A stretch of 64,000 bases of DNA, taken from NCBI GenBank assembly GCA_016188965.1, contig JACPGT010000013.1:116609-180608 (forward strand), read 5' to 3'. The first letter of the stretch is position 1. Every line of letters begins with the position of its first letter. Under the pieces are notes generated by a model. The model had not been told where the DNA came from. It was given only the letters and a program-made list of their open reading frames with translations, and did no database searches. The position numbers were made by a program, and so were the translations under genes. Of the stretch, positions 36,792 to 45,005 are shown one piece after another. The DNA comes from Candidatus Micrarchaeota archaeon. GTDB taxonomy: Archaea; Micrarchaeota; Micrarchaeia; Norongarragalinales; Norongarragalinaceae.

Positions 36792-39700
36792 TTAACCGAT
36801 GTAACCGCCGGAAGGCCCGCCGGATAAGCTGCCTGGTCCGCCCAAGTTGTCTTTGCTGAAGTATCCTTGGGCGCCGTTGCACGAGCCGCCCGTGGCAAAG
36901 GACGCCATCATCGCGTAGGGGCCGAGGGATTTCATCACGGTGTTGGCCACCATGCTCTTGGCTAGATCCTGGGCGGCCGTCTTGGAGAACGGCTGGCAGT
37001 CGGAAGACAAACCGAGGTGGATGACTTGCGTGAATTGCCGGCCTGATGGGAACGACTCGACACACGCAGGCTTGGGTTTGCAAAGGGCGACGCAGCCTTT
37101 GGCCGCCAAAGCCTTGGCGTCGGCAATTTGCTTGTCCAAATCCGCGCCGAAGTCGGCGCCGTATTCCGACGCGACGTCAAGGGCTTTTTGAGTCGCGAGC
37201 TTTTCGGCCTCCAATTTAGCCGCTTCCGCTTCGTAACGGTCGGACGTAGGGCAGGCGAACTGCGACTGCTGGGGCCAGAGGCCGAACGGAATCTCGAAAA
37301 GGGGAGGACGCATGGCGTTGCACTTTTGTTTTGTGGCGGCCAATTGCTGAACGTCCTTGTCATAAGCCAAACGCGTTTGAGTCACGGCTTGTGCAGCGGT
37401 CTTAGCCAACGCAAGCGCGGCGGCGGTTTTAGTCTGCGCCGCGCTTGCAAGGCCGGATGATTCAGCAGCAGCAGCAACGGCCGCAGCGCTTCCTGCATCG
37501 GTCGCAGGAGGATTGGCCGCCTGAAGTGCTTTAAGGGCGGACTGCCGAGAAGTCTCCACTGCACCAATGTCAATCGTGAATTCCGCTTCCAGCTTTTGAG
37601 CGGCGGCAGTTGCAGGCCCGGGCGAAGATGCGGCAGGTGACGGGAGAGCAGTCGTTGACGTTTCTTCAGGTAGATTTGTCTGCGCGATAGCTTCAGATAA
37701 GGCCGTTTTCGCATTGAATAGGTTCAAGCGGGCGGCGCCATCAGCAGTGACGGCTTGCCCATTGGGTGCAATCGCGCCGTCATAGCCAGGAGCACAGCCC
37801 ATTTTGGCGCAGGGGACGCAGACTCCTTCGGTACAGGTGTAGGCCGGCACTTTTGAATTCGTTACACTGGACGACTTTGCGCCCTTGGACGCCGCTTCCG
37901 CAGCGATAGCTACGTTCACTCCGCTTTGAAGCTGTGTGACAGCAGCCTGGAGAGCCGTTCCAGCCTGCTTCAAATCAGCCTTTTCCGCAGCAATCTTCTT
38001 CTGAAGCGTCACGACTTGGTTGCCCAGCGCTTCGCATTGTTGTTTGTAGACGGGGGCTAACGTGAAGATGGCGAGTTTCGTGTCGGGTTTGGTGTGTTCT
38101 TCCGACGCCTGGTTCTGCGAGGGAAGGGCCGGGTTCTTGCCGGTGACGACTTGGTTGCCGGCGGCGTGGAGGAAGCCGCAGAGCAGCAGGCCTTGTCCGC
38201 GGCCGTCGAAGCTCTGTTCGAGTTTCATGGCTTGCGCCGAATAGGTGAACGTGTTGCCGTCGAGGCTTGACGCGGTGACGTGGTACACGCCGGGCAGTCC
38301 GCCGCATCCGGCTCCGACGCGTTGCACGCCCAAGATGTCGAAGGCCTTGTCCGCGCCTTCCGTCAGTTGCATGACGGTGGAAAAGACGAAGGGTTCGCGG
38401 GTGATGGGAGGCGTAGTGGCGAAAGACAAAGAAGAGCCAAAGGACGGAGCAACGGAGTCGGGGCGGTTTTCGAACGATGCCGCAACGCCGTCGGAGTCCG
38501 CGGAGGCGGCCGGAAGAGCCGTCCAGCTGCCGAGGAGCTGGACTTGCACCGAGCGTTGTGATTCTGAATCGGACCACGTGATGGCGGTGACTTGGAAGCG
38601 CAAGCCGTTGCCTTCGTAAAACTCGCCTTGCTGTTTGGAAATCGCGGTCAGCACAGTGCCGGCGGGGGAGCGGATGTCGAAGCCGGCATACGTCGTGCCG
38701 GAGGCTTGCAGGATTTCGGTGAGTTTGATCTGGTTGCCGTTGGCCGCGGTCTTGACGTCGTTGACGTGCAGGGTGACGGGGGTCGAATCCGCGGATGCCG
38801 ACGGAGTCGGCGTGGGAGTGGATGTGGCAGACGGCGTGGGAGTCGGGGTGATGAATGCCGTGGCCCTGGCCGTCGCGGAAGGAGTGGGAGTAACCGACGC
38901 GGTGGCGGAAGGCGACGCGGATGCCGACGGAGTCGGCGTAATGGAAGGAATGGCGGTGGGAACCGGCGTGGGTTGTGCCGAGGGAAGGGCCGTGTCTTGG
39001 CCGCGGCGGAACATGGTGGCGACGGCCGTGTTCTTGGCCGCGGTCTGGAAATGGCGCAATGCCTGCAAGGCGGCCTGGCCCGAACACCATCCTTGCGCGC
39101 AGGACAAATAGTCGGAGGCGGTTTCGACGCGGGGGCCCATGGTGCCGATGCCGTCGAAGTAGGCCGGGGCGTTGTTGTACGTCCATTGGCCGACTTGCGC
39201 GTCGCCGTCGAGCAACGTGAGGGTGCCGGGGCCGGACCAGGAAAAAGCGGCGGCTCCTTGGGCGGCAACGGCGATGGAGCCGGATGCCCCCAGCGGTGTC
39301 AAGGTGCGGGTGCCGGCCTGTTTCTGGTTGATGACGTATAGCAGTTTGGCGGTTTTTTCGCCTTCGTCAAGCGTGGCCGGCGCGGTGTTGATGGAGGTGG
39401 CGGATTGGGCGTTGATGCGGATGGGCAGTTTGATCTGGCTGTTGGGCGCGCAGATGGCAGCCAAAATGAGGTTGGCGTCTCCTTGGGGTAGGATGACTTC
39501 GTTGGCTTTGACGGAAGCCGGGCAATCGGGGCGGTAATCCTTCGCTTCGAACGCCAGCGACGTGCGGCCGAGCTGGTAGCAGCCGGAGTGGGTGGCTTCG
39601 ATGCGCGTCTCGATGGCGCAGGACGGCTCGTCGGTGATGCGCAACGGAACGCTGTCTCGGGGGTAGATGGGGTCGACTTGCAGCGTGATTTCGGTGGCGT

Positions 39701-42206
39701 CGGCCTCGACTTTTCCGGTGGCGGGGTTGTAGTGGATGTTCACGGACGTCGTAAAGGTGCCTGCCGTGGGCAGGACGGTGGGCGTGGCGGGTCCGGGCGT
39801 GGGCGTCGGCGTGCCCTGGAGCGTGCCGCTGATGCCGCGCACGAGGGGTATCTTGTATTCGTACGTGCGGGGGTAGCAAAGCGCGGCCTGCGCGTCGGGC
39901 GGATCACGGGCGGAAAGCAGGCCGCTGTTCGTCTGCGTGGCGAAGTAGAGGGACAATGGCTGGTTGGAGCGGGCGTCGGGTTTGATTTGGAGCAGGAAGG
40001 TGGCGATGCGGACGGCGGGTTGGTTGAAGCGGAGTTCGACCCATTTGTAGCCGTCGGAGTTGGACACCAAATGGGAAGCAAGGTCCTGGCAGTTGGCCGA
40101 AGGGTTGTACGTAGAGCTGCGCAGGACGGCATCCGCGCCGGTGTATTCGGCGATGTAGGCGTCGTCGGACTCCATGTCCGCTTTGCTTCCGACGCGCAGG
40201 TAGATGCTCTGGTTCGTGGCCGACGCCGCGGGCGTGGCGTTCAGTTCGACGACGTATTGCTGGCCGGTCTTAAGCTGGCTGACGCGCTGACCGGACAAAT
40301 CGCGGATCTGTACGAGCCCGACTTGGGCGCCTTGCGTCGCGCTTTGGGGGATGAGTACCGCGGGCAATACGCGGTTTTCGCCGTCCAAAAGCACGAGGTC
40401 GGCCACGAAGGGGACATGTTCGGCTTTGGTCAGGATGACGTGCGTCTGGACCTGGGCGGGAACGTCGGAAAAGCGGGAGGAGCCGTTGGTGTCGGTGGTG
40501 GCGTCGGCAAAGGCCTGGCCTTGGCTGTCCACGTGTACGGAGACGGACGCAAGTGCCGCATTGTCCAGAGCGGAGACGGCGCTGACGCGCAAGGCGGCGC
40601 GGTGGATGGTCAACTGCAGCCGCAGACGGCTTCCGCCTTGTTCGATGCTGACGCGGGCCGTCGCGTTCTGTCCGGCATGCTCGGCCAGCACGTCGTAGGC
40701 CGAGAGGGAAAGCTCGCTAAAGACGGCCGAGCCGGAAAAGTCCGTGGATTGGGCAGGGGAGGCCAAGCGGCCGTTCTGGAAGAGCGTGACGCGGGCACCG
40801 GAGAGCGCGGCGCCGTACTCGTCCTGTACGGCGACGGTGAGGGCGGCCGAGTTGAAGGCCGTGGCCTTTTCCAAGGTGAAGACGTTGTCTTTGCCGGCCT
40901 GCAAGTCGGCCGTCTTGGACAGGTAGCCGTCGGAGTCAAGATAGACGTAGTACGCGCCGGGCTGCACCTGCAGTTCCCAACGCTCGCCTTCATACGTGGC
41001 CAGTTCGATCAAGGGAGCTTTGATGATGCGCGCAGAGAACGGAAGCGGGTTGCCTTGCACGTCCTGGGCGCGGATGACGGTGTCCAATGCGTTGCCACCA
41101 CCGGAGCCGCCGGACGCGTCCAGCGTGATGAGGATTTGGGTGTCTTCCGTCACGGTCTGGGGGCGCGACGAGCCGTCGTAGAGGGGAAAGTTGGCGACTT
41201 GCGCGGTGACGAACACGCTGGAGCCCATTTCGGCGGAAAACGCGGCTGCACCGGCAACGGTGTCGCTTTCACCCAAGAGCGTGCCGCCCGCGCCATAGAG
41301 ACGGACGTGGCCTTCCAAAGGCCCAGCGCTGGAAGACAGTTGGATGGTGACTGCGCCGAACGTGGCCAGCTGGGTCGAATTGCCGTCGCCGCCGCCCGCG
41401 CCGTTGCCGCCGGAACCGGAGCCGTCGCCCGAACCCCCCGAGCCGACGTCACCGCCGCCGAAGAAGGACCCGCTTAAGGACTTCAGAAAGACCGTGGTCT
41501 GTCCGCCGTCGCGCACGGCCAGCGTCTCGGTCTTGTAACCTTCCTTGCTGACGCGGATGTTCGTCAAAGCCGCTTTGGGCAAAACCGCGCGCCCTTGTTC
41601 GTCCGTGGCCTTCGTTCCGCTGCCGTCCTCCGACACGTACAACACTTGGGCCGCCGTCACGGGTTGTTCCGACCCGGCATCCAGCACCACGACGGTCAGC
41701 ACGTTGTAGTCGACGGAGCCGGGATCCGGCAGGTCCTCCGTGCCCGGCGGCGTGGACTTCAGATCGGCTTTAAGCGTGCTTTGCCCCGCGCTGGCCTTGA
41801 GCGTCAACGTCTTGAAGCCGGACTTGCTGACGCGCACCGTCAAGGCGGAGCCAGGCAGGCCGTCGAACGTGATTTTTCCTGCCTTCGTCTTGCCTTGGGC
41901 GATGATGGAGTCTTGGAAGAGGATTTGCACGTCGGCGCCGTCCACGGCCTGCCCCGCGGACTGGACCGTGATGGAAAGACTACGCGTGCCGCCGTCGGCC
42001 TGCGACGTCAACAGCACAAGCGCGCCGCCGACAAGGGCCACGAAGAGGAGGATAAAGACGGGAAGCGACGGGATGCCGCGGGCCTCGATGGGCGTGACGA
42101 AGAAATCCATGAAGGGCACGCCGGCGGTCTGTAGGCCTTCGGCAAAGCCGTAGTACGCCTCCTCGATGGAATCGTAGACGGCCTTGAGGGAATCGAAAAT
42201 ACCCAT
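36792..42206 (-). CDS. Giant (1804 aa) membrane-anchored surface protein with beta-sandwich repeats and an Ala/Gln-rich coiled-coil-like C-terminal region
   Basis: N-terminus MGIFDSLKAVYDSIEEAYYGFAEGLQTAGVPFMDFFVTPIEARGIPSLPVFILLFVALVGGALVLL. TATA-like TTTTTATCC at 42228-42236 (reverse), ~25 nt upstream. Confidence 0.8.
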   Translation of the reverse strand: MGIFDSLKAVYDSIEEAYYGFAEGLQTAGVPFMDFFVTPIEARGIPSLPVFILLFVALVGGALVLLTSQADGGTRSLSITVQSAGQAVDGADVQILFQDSIIAQGKTKAGKITFDGLPGSALTVRVSKSGFKTLTLKASAGQSTLKADLKSTPPGTEDLPDPGSVDYNVLTVVVLDAGSEQPVTAAQVLYVSEDGSGTKATDEQGRAVLPKAALTNIRVSKEGYKTETLAVRDGGQTTVFLKSLSGSFFGGGDVGSGGSGDGSGSGGNGAGGGDGNSTQLATFGAVTIQLSSSAGPLEGHVRLYGAGGTLLGESDTVAGAAAFSAEMGSSVFVTAQVANFPLYDGSSRPQTVTEDTQILITLDASGGSGGGNALDTVIRAQDVQGNPLPFSARIIKAPLIELATYEGERWELQVQPGAYYVYLDSDGYLSKTADLQAGKDNVFTLEKATAFNSAALTVAVQDEYGAALSGARVTLFQNGRLASPAQSTDFSGSAVFSELSLSAYDVLAEHAGQNATARVSIEQGGSRLRLQLTIHRAALRVSAVSALDNAALASVSVHVDSQGQAFADATTDTNGSSRFSDVPAQVQTHVILTKAEHVPFVADLVLLDGENRVLPAVLIPQSATQGAQVGLVQIRDLSGQRVSQLKTGQQYVVELNATPAASATNQSIYLRVGSKADMESDDAYIAEYTGADAVLRSSTYNPSANCQDLASHLVSNSDGYKWVELRFNQPAVRIATFLLQIKPDARSNQPLSLYFATQTNSGLLSARDPPDAQAALCYPRTYEYKIPLVRGISGTLQGTPTPTPGPATPTVLPTAGTFTTSVNIHYNPATGKVEADATEITLQVDPIYPRDSVPLRITDEPSCAIETRIEATHSGCYQLGRTSLAFEAKDYRPDCPASVKANEVILPQGDANLILAAICAPNSQIKLPIRINAQSATSINTAPATLDEGEKTAKLLYVINQKQAGTRTLTPLGASGSIAVAAQGAAAFSWSGPGTLTLLDGDAQVGQWTYNNAPAYFDGIGTMGPRVETASDYLSCAQGWCSGQAALQALRHFQTAAKNTAVATMFRRGQDTALPSAQPTPVPTAIPSITPTPSASASPSATASVTPTPSATARATAFITPTPTPSATSTPTPTPSASADSTPVTLHVNDVKTAANGNQIKLTEILQASGTTYAGFDIRSPAGTVLTAISKQQGEFYEGNGLRFQVTAITWSDSESQRSVQVQLLGSWTALPAASADSDGVAASFENRPDSVAPSFGSSLSFATTPPITREPFVFSTVMQLTEGADKAFDILGVQRVGAGCGGLPGVYHVTASSLDGNTFTYSAQAMKLEQSFDGRGQGLLLCGFLHAAGNQVVTGKNPALPSQNQASEEHTKPDTKLAIFTLAPVYKQQCEALGNQVVTLQKKIAAEKADLKQAGTALQAAVTQLQSGVNVAIAAEAASKGAKSSSVTNSKVPAYTCTEGVCVPCAKMGCAPGYDGAIAPNGQAVTADGAARLNLFNAKTALSEAIAQTNLPEETSTTALPSPAASSPGPATAAAQKLEAEFTIDIGAVETSRQSALKALQAANPPATDAGSAAAVAAAAESSGLASAAQTKTAAALALAKTAAQAVTQTRLAYDKDVQQLAATKQKCNAMRPPLFEIPFGLWPQQSQFACPTSDRYEAEAAKLEAEKLATQKALDVASEYGADFGADLDKQIADAKALAAKGCVALCKPKPACVESFPSGRQFTQVIHLGLSSDCQPFSKTAAQDLAKSMVANTVMKSLGPYAMMASFATGGSCNGAQGYFSKDNLGGPGSLSGGPSGGYIG

Positions 42207-42538
42207 GCAGAAGGGACGAGGAGGCCGGATAAAAAGGTTTAGACGGCAGGAGAAGCGGAAAAACCGGGAAAAGCAAAAAGAAGGGAGAGAAAAAGAAAAA
42301 CCGGGAAAAGAAATACGGAAAAAAAAACCGAAGGAAAAAGTGGTTGAGAAAAAAAGAAAGCCGCATCAGATGAAGAAAGACGGTAAAAGAAAACGAGAAA
42401 AAAAGAAGGGAAGAAAAAAAGTGAAAACAAAGAAAAAGAGGAAGGAAAAAACCGGAAAAAATATGAAACCTGGGAGAACCGGCACCGGAAAATAGGGGAA
42501 AAAAGGAAGAGCGCGGCGGCGTTTGAAAGTGAAGCCGC

Positions 42539-43204
42539 CTATGCCGTGTATTCTTCCTCGAACTTGACGGACGTGACGCCATCCAGCACGGAAAACGCCT
42601 GTTCGATGAAGCGGAATTTCTTCAGCACCACGTCGGCCGCCATGTCCCGCTTGAGGGCCAGTTTGACCGACACGGAACCGTCCTTGAACGACGCCTCCGC
42701 CGACAACAACTTCCGCCCCAAGGCTTGGGCCTTGTCCTCGGCGGACCGGTACACCTTCTTCACCGTGAAATCGTACTGCACCGTCTTGCCGGCCAAGTCG
42801 GAATTGAAGTCGACGCGCACGCGGCCGCCATCCACGCTCTGCACTTTCGCCGGCCGGCCATCCATCTCCAACACCAAGCCGGGATAAGGATCGATCTTCT
42901 GTTCGCGGAACGCCGCCAGCGGCACCAAACGCACCAAATCCGGATTGCGGTTGCCGAAAGCCTTCTCCGGCGGCAGCTTGACGCTCTGCGCTTTTCCTTC
43001 CTCGGCACCCTGCAACGCATCATCCAAGCCTGGAATGACTTGGCCCTTGCCCACGGCGACCAGAACGGGGCCGTACGCGGCTTTCTCGTTGAAGATGCCG
43101 GCGGTCTTCGCCGCATCCGCCGACGTCGTGTCGAACAATTGGCCCTCGGCCTTCGCCGAGTACTCCAATTCGACCAAATCATTCTTCGAAACGTTCAAAG
43201 CCAT
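42539..43204 (-). CDS. Long-type archaeal FKBP peptidyl-prolyl cis-trans isomerase (FKBP + IF domain + C-terminal domain)
   Basis: MALNVSKNDLVELEYSAKAEGQLFDTTSA...GKGQVIPGLDDALQGAEEGK...VDFNSDLAGKTVQYDFTV. Start ATG at 43204 inside the longer listed ORF. Confidence 0.85.
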   Translation of the reverse strand: MALNVSKNDLVELEYSAKAEGQLFDTTSADAAKTAGIFNEKAAYGPVLVAVGKGQVIPGLDDALQGAEEGKAQSVKLPPEKAFGNRNPDLVRLVPLAAFREQKIDPYPGLVLEMDGRPAKVQSVDGGRVRVDFNSDLAGKTVQYDFTVKKVYRSAEDKAQALGRKLLSAEASFKDGSVSVKLALKRDMAADVVLKKFRFIEQAFSVLDGVTSVKFEEEYTA

Positions 43205-43227
43205 AGTATTCAAACCACCTGGAAAAA

Positions 43228-43962
43228 TCATTGGGAAGCGTTCGAACCGGACGCGACGGGCGAAGCAGACGCCGAAGCGTTGCCGGCCGACGCGTTGACC
43301 GAAGGCTCCGGCGACGCGGACGCACCCGCCGCAGGCGACGCCGTGCCCCCCCACGCGGACAGGACGTCCGATTCGAGCTGTTGGGCCGTGACGGACACGA
43401 ACTGGTTGTCCTGCACCACGACGGTGACGGACAGCTCCGCCTCGTCGCCCACGTCCAGCGAAGGCGAGACGAACGCCTGAAAACCCGCAAAGCCCTGATT
43501 CGAGAAATACGCGTCCAACTGGCGCGCCGACACGTCCTGCGAACCGGTCGACGTGTTCAACTCCAACTGCGCCGGAATCAAGTCCATGCCAGCCGAGCGG
43601 AACAGCGGCGCCTGGCAGGCGTCCGCCACACGCGATTCGACGAAGTCCAACGAAGCGTTCTTTTCGAACTGGATGGCCAACACGTCCGGCGAGGCGAACA
43701 AGGCATTGCGCACGCCCGGATAGGTCCGCAGTTCCTCATCCAACTTCGTGGCCGCACCGCACACCGCCAAACCGGCGTAACCCAGCTGAAGCACCTTGCC
43801 GCGCACCTGCGCGGTTCCCGAGAACGACAACGGCGTCGGACTCGGCCCGCCGTCGGCATCCGACGAACGCGCGGTGGAAAGGCCCAAAAAGACCGTCTCA
43901 CCCACGAAGACGACGATCAACAACAACGCGCCGTACTTGAGCAACTGATCGCGAGAAACCAT
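43228..43962 (-). CDS. Membrane-anchored hypothetical protein with a Ser/Ala/Asn-rich C-terminal tail
   Basis: MVSRDQLLKYGALLLIVVFVGETVFLGL anchor. C-terminal ASPAAGASASPEPSVNASAGNASASASP carries several N-x-S sequons. Confidence 0.5.
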   Translation of the reverse strand: MVSRDQLLKYGALLLIVVFVGETVFLGLSTARSSDADGGPSPTPLSFSGTAQVRGKVLQLGYAGLAVCGAATKLDEELRTYPGVRNALFASPDVLAIQFEKNASLDFVESRVADACQAPLFRSAGMDLIPAQLELNTSTGSQDVSARQLDAYFSNQGFAGFQAFVSPSLDVGDEAELSVTVVVQDNQFVSVTAQQLESDVLSAWGGTASPAAGASASPEPSVNASAGNASASASPVASGSNASQ

Positions 43963-44177
43963 GATTCGTTCACAACCACAACGCCAGCCTCGGTCCATCC
44001 GGACAGCCGGGCGGACAAACGGCGGACTAAAGACTACATGACCCAGAAAGCCGGCGCATTAAAAGGCGGCAGAAAAGGGAATCGATACGCAAGACTCTGG
44101 AAAAAAACCTATAAAAAGACTCGTCTGGTCCTTCGGAAACGCCCGAAGAACCGTCATCCGCAAAAAAACGGTGCCGT

Positions 44178-44846
44178 TCAATTGGGACAGGCATCCGCCA
44201 ACGTCAGCATGACGCTGGGACCCAAGGTCCGGCGGTACTGCGCACTGCCATTGATATGCGTATAATCCAACAACGTCAATTCCACGTCGTAACGCGCATT
44301 GAAGCACTTCATCGTCAACGCGTACTTGTAATACGGACCCGTCTCGCCTTCGGTAAGCGACACGCGTTTTTCCGTGCCATTGGCGCCAACCACCGTGCGA
44401 ACCGTGTCGAACGCGCCGAACGCGTTTCCTTTGGACGGCCGGATGAAAATAGTGTACTGGTACGCCGCCTGGGTGTCATCCACCACCCACACGTTCTCCG
44501 CACTCTCATACGCCTTGCGCGAATCGTTGAACGCCGCATTCACCGCCACGTTGAACTCCGCCGCGAACTTTGCCAACGTAGGCACGCCGGCAGGCGCGGC
44601 GGTCGACACAGGCTTAGCCGAAGGCAACGTCGTCGGCTTGGCCGACGCGATGTACGGGATGCGGGCCGTCGGACTGGCTGACGCTGCAGCCGAAGGCGAT
44701 GCGGCCGCCACCGTCACGGACGGACTAGGCGACGCCGCGACCGAAGGCAACGCCGTAGGCGACGCCAACGGCGCGGAAGGCTGCGTACAACCGGCCAACA
44801 ATAAGCCGAACACTACCAAACCGTAAACCAGATTCTTGAAATCCAT
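44178..44846 (-). CDS. Lipoprotein (lipobox LLLAGC) with a Pro/Ser/Ala-rich linker and a globular C-terminal domain
   Basis: MDFKNLVYGLVVFGLLLAGCTQPSAPLASPTALPSVAASPSPS... Confidence 0.6.
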   Translation of the reverse strand: MDFKNLVYGLVVFGLLLAGCTQPSAPLASPTALPSVAASPSPSVTVAAASPSAAASASPTARIPYIASAKPTTLPSAKPVSTAAPAGVPTLAKFAAEFNVAVNAAFNDSRKAYESAENVWVVDDTQAAYQYTIFIRPSKGNAFGAFDTVRTVVGANGTEKRVSLTEGETGPYYKYALTMKCFNARYDVELTLLDYTHINGSAQYRRTLGPSVMLTLADACPN

Positions 44847-44919
44847 GACCAGAAAACACCCACTATAATGACTCCGAACAAAGATAAAAACCGAACGCCC
44901 CGCCCGCGACGCCGGCCCG

Positions 44920-45000
44920 AGCTGGCGCTGAAAAAAACAAACGGGAAAGAAAAAGGGAAAAAAGAAAAAAGGGAAAAGGGGTCTTTCGACCCCCTTTTTC
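44920..45000 (-). terminator. Hairpin (GGGGTCGAAAGACCCC on the reverse strand) followed by a long pyrimidine/T-rich tract, immediately 3' of the S-layer-like gene
   Basis: Plus strand 44978-44993 ggggtctttcgacccc preceded by an A/G tract at 44920-44977. Confidence 0.55.
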
Positions 45001-45005
45001 AGAGC

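Noticed and set aside
42184-42495. 103-aa Lys/Glu-rich plus-strand ORF
   Set aside because: It is a direct translation of the 250-nt purine tract in the promoter region of the 1804-aa gene, so it is not coding.
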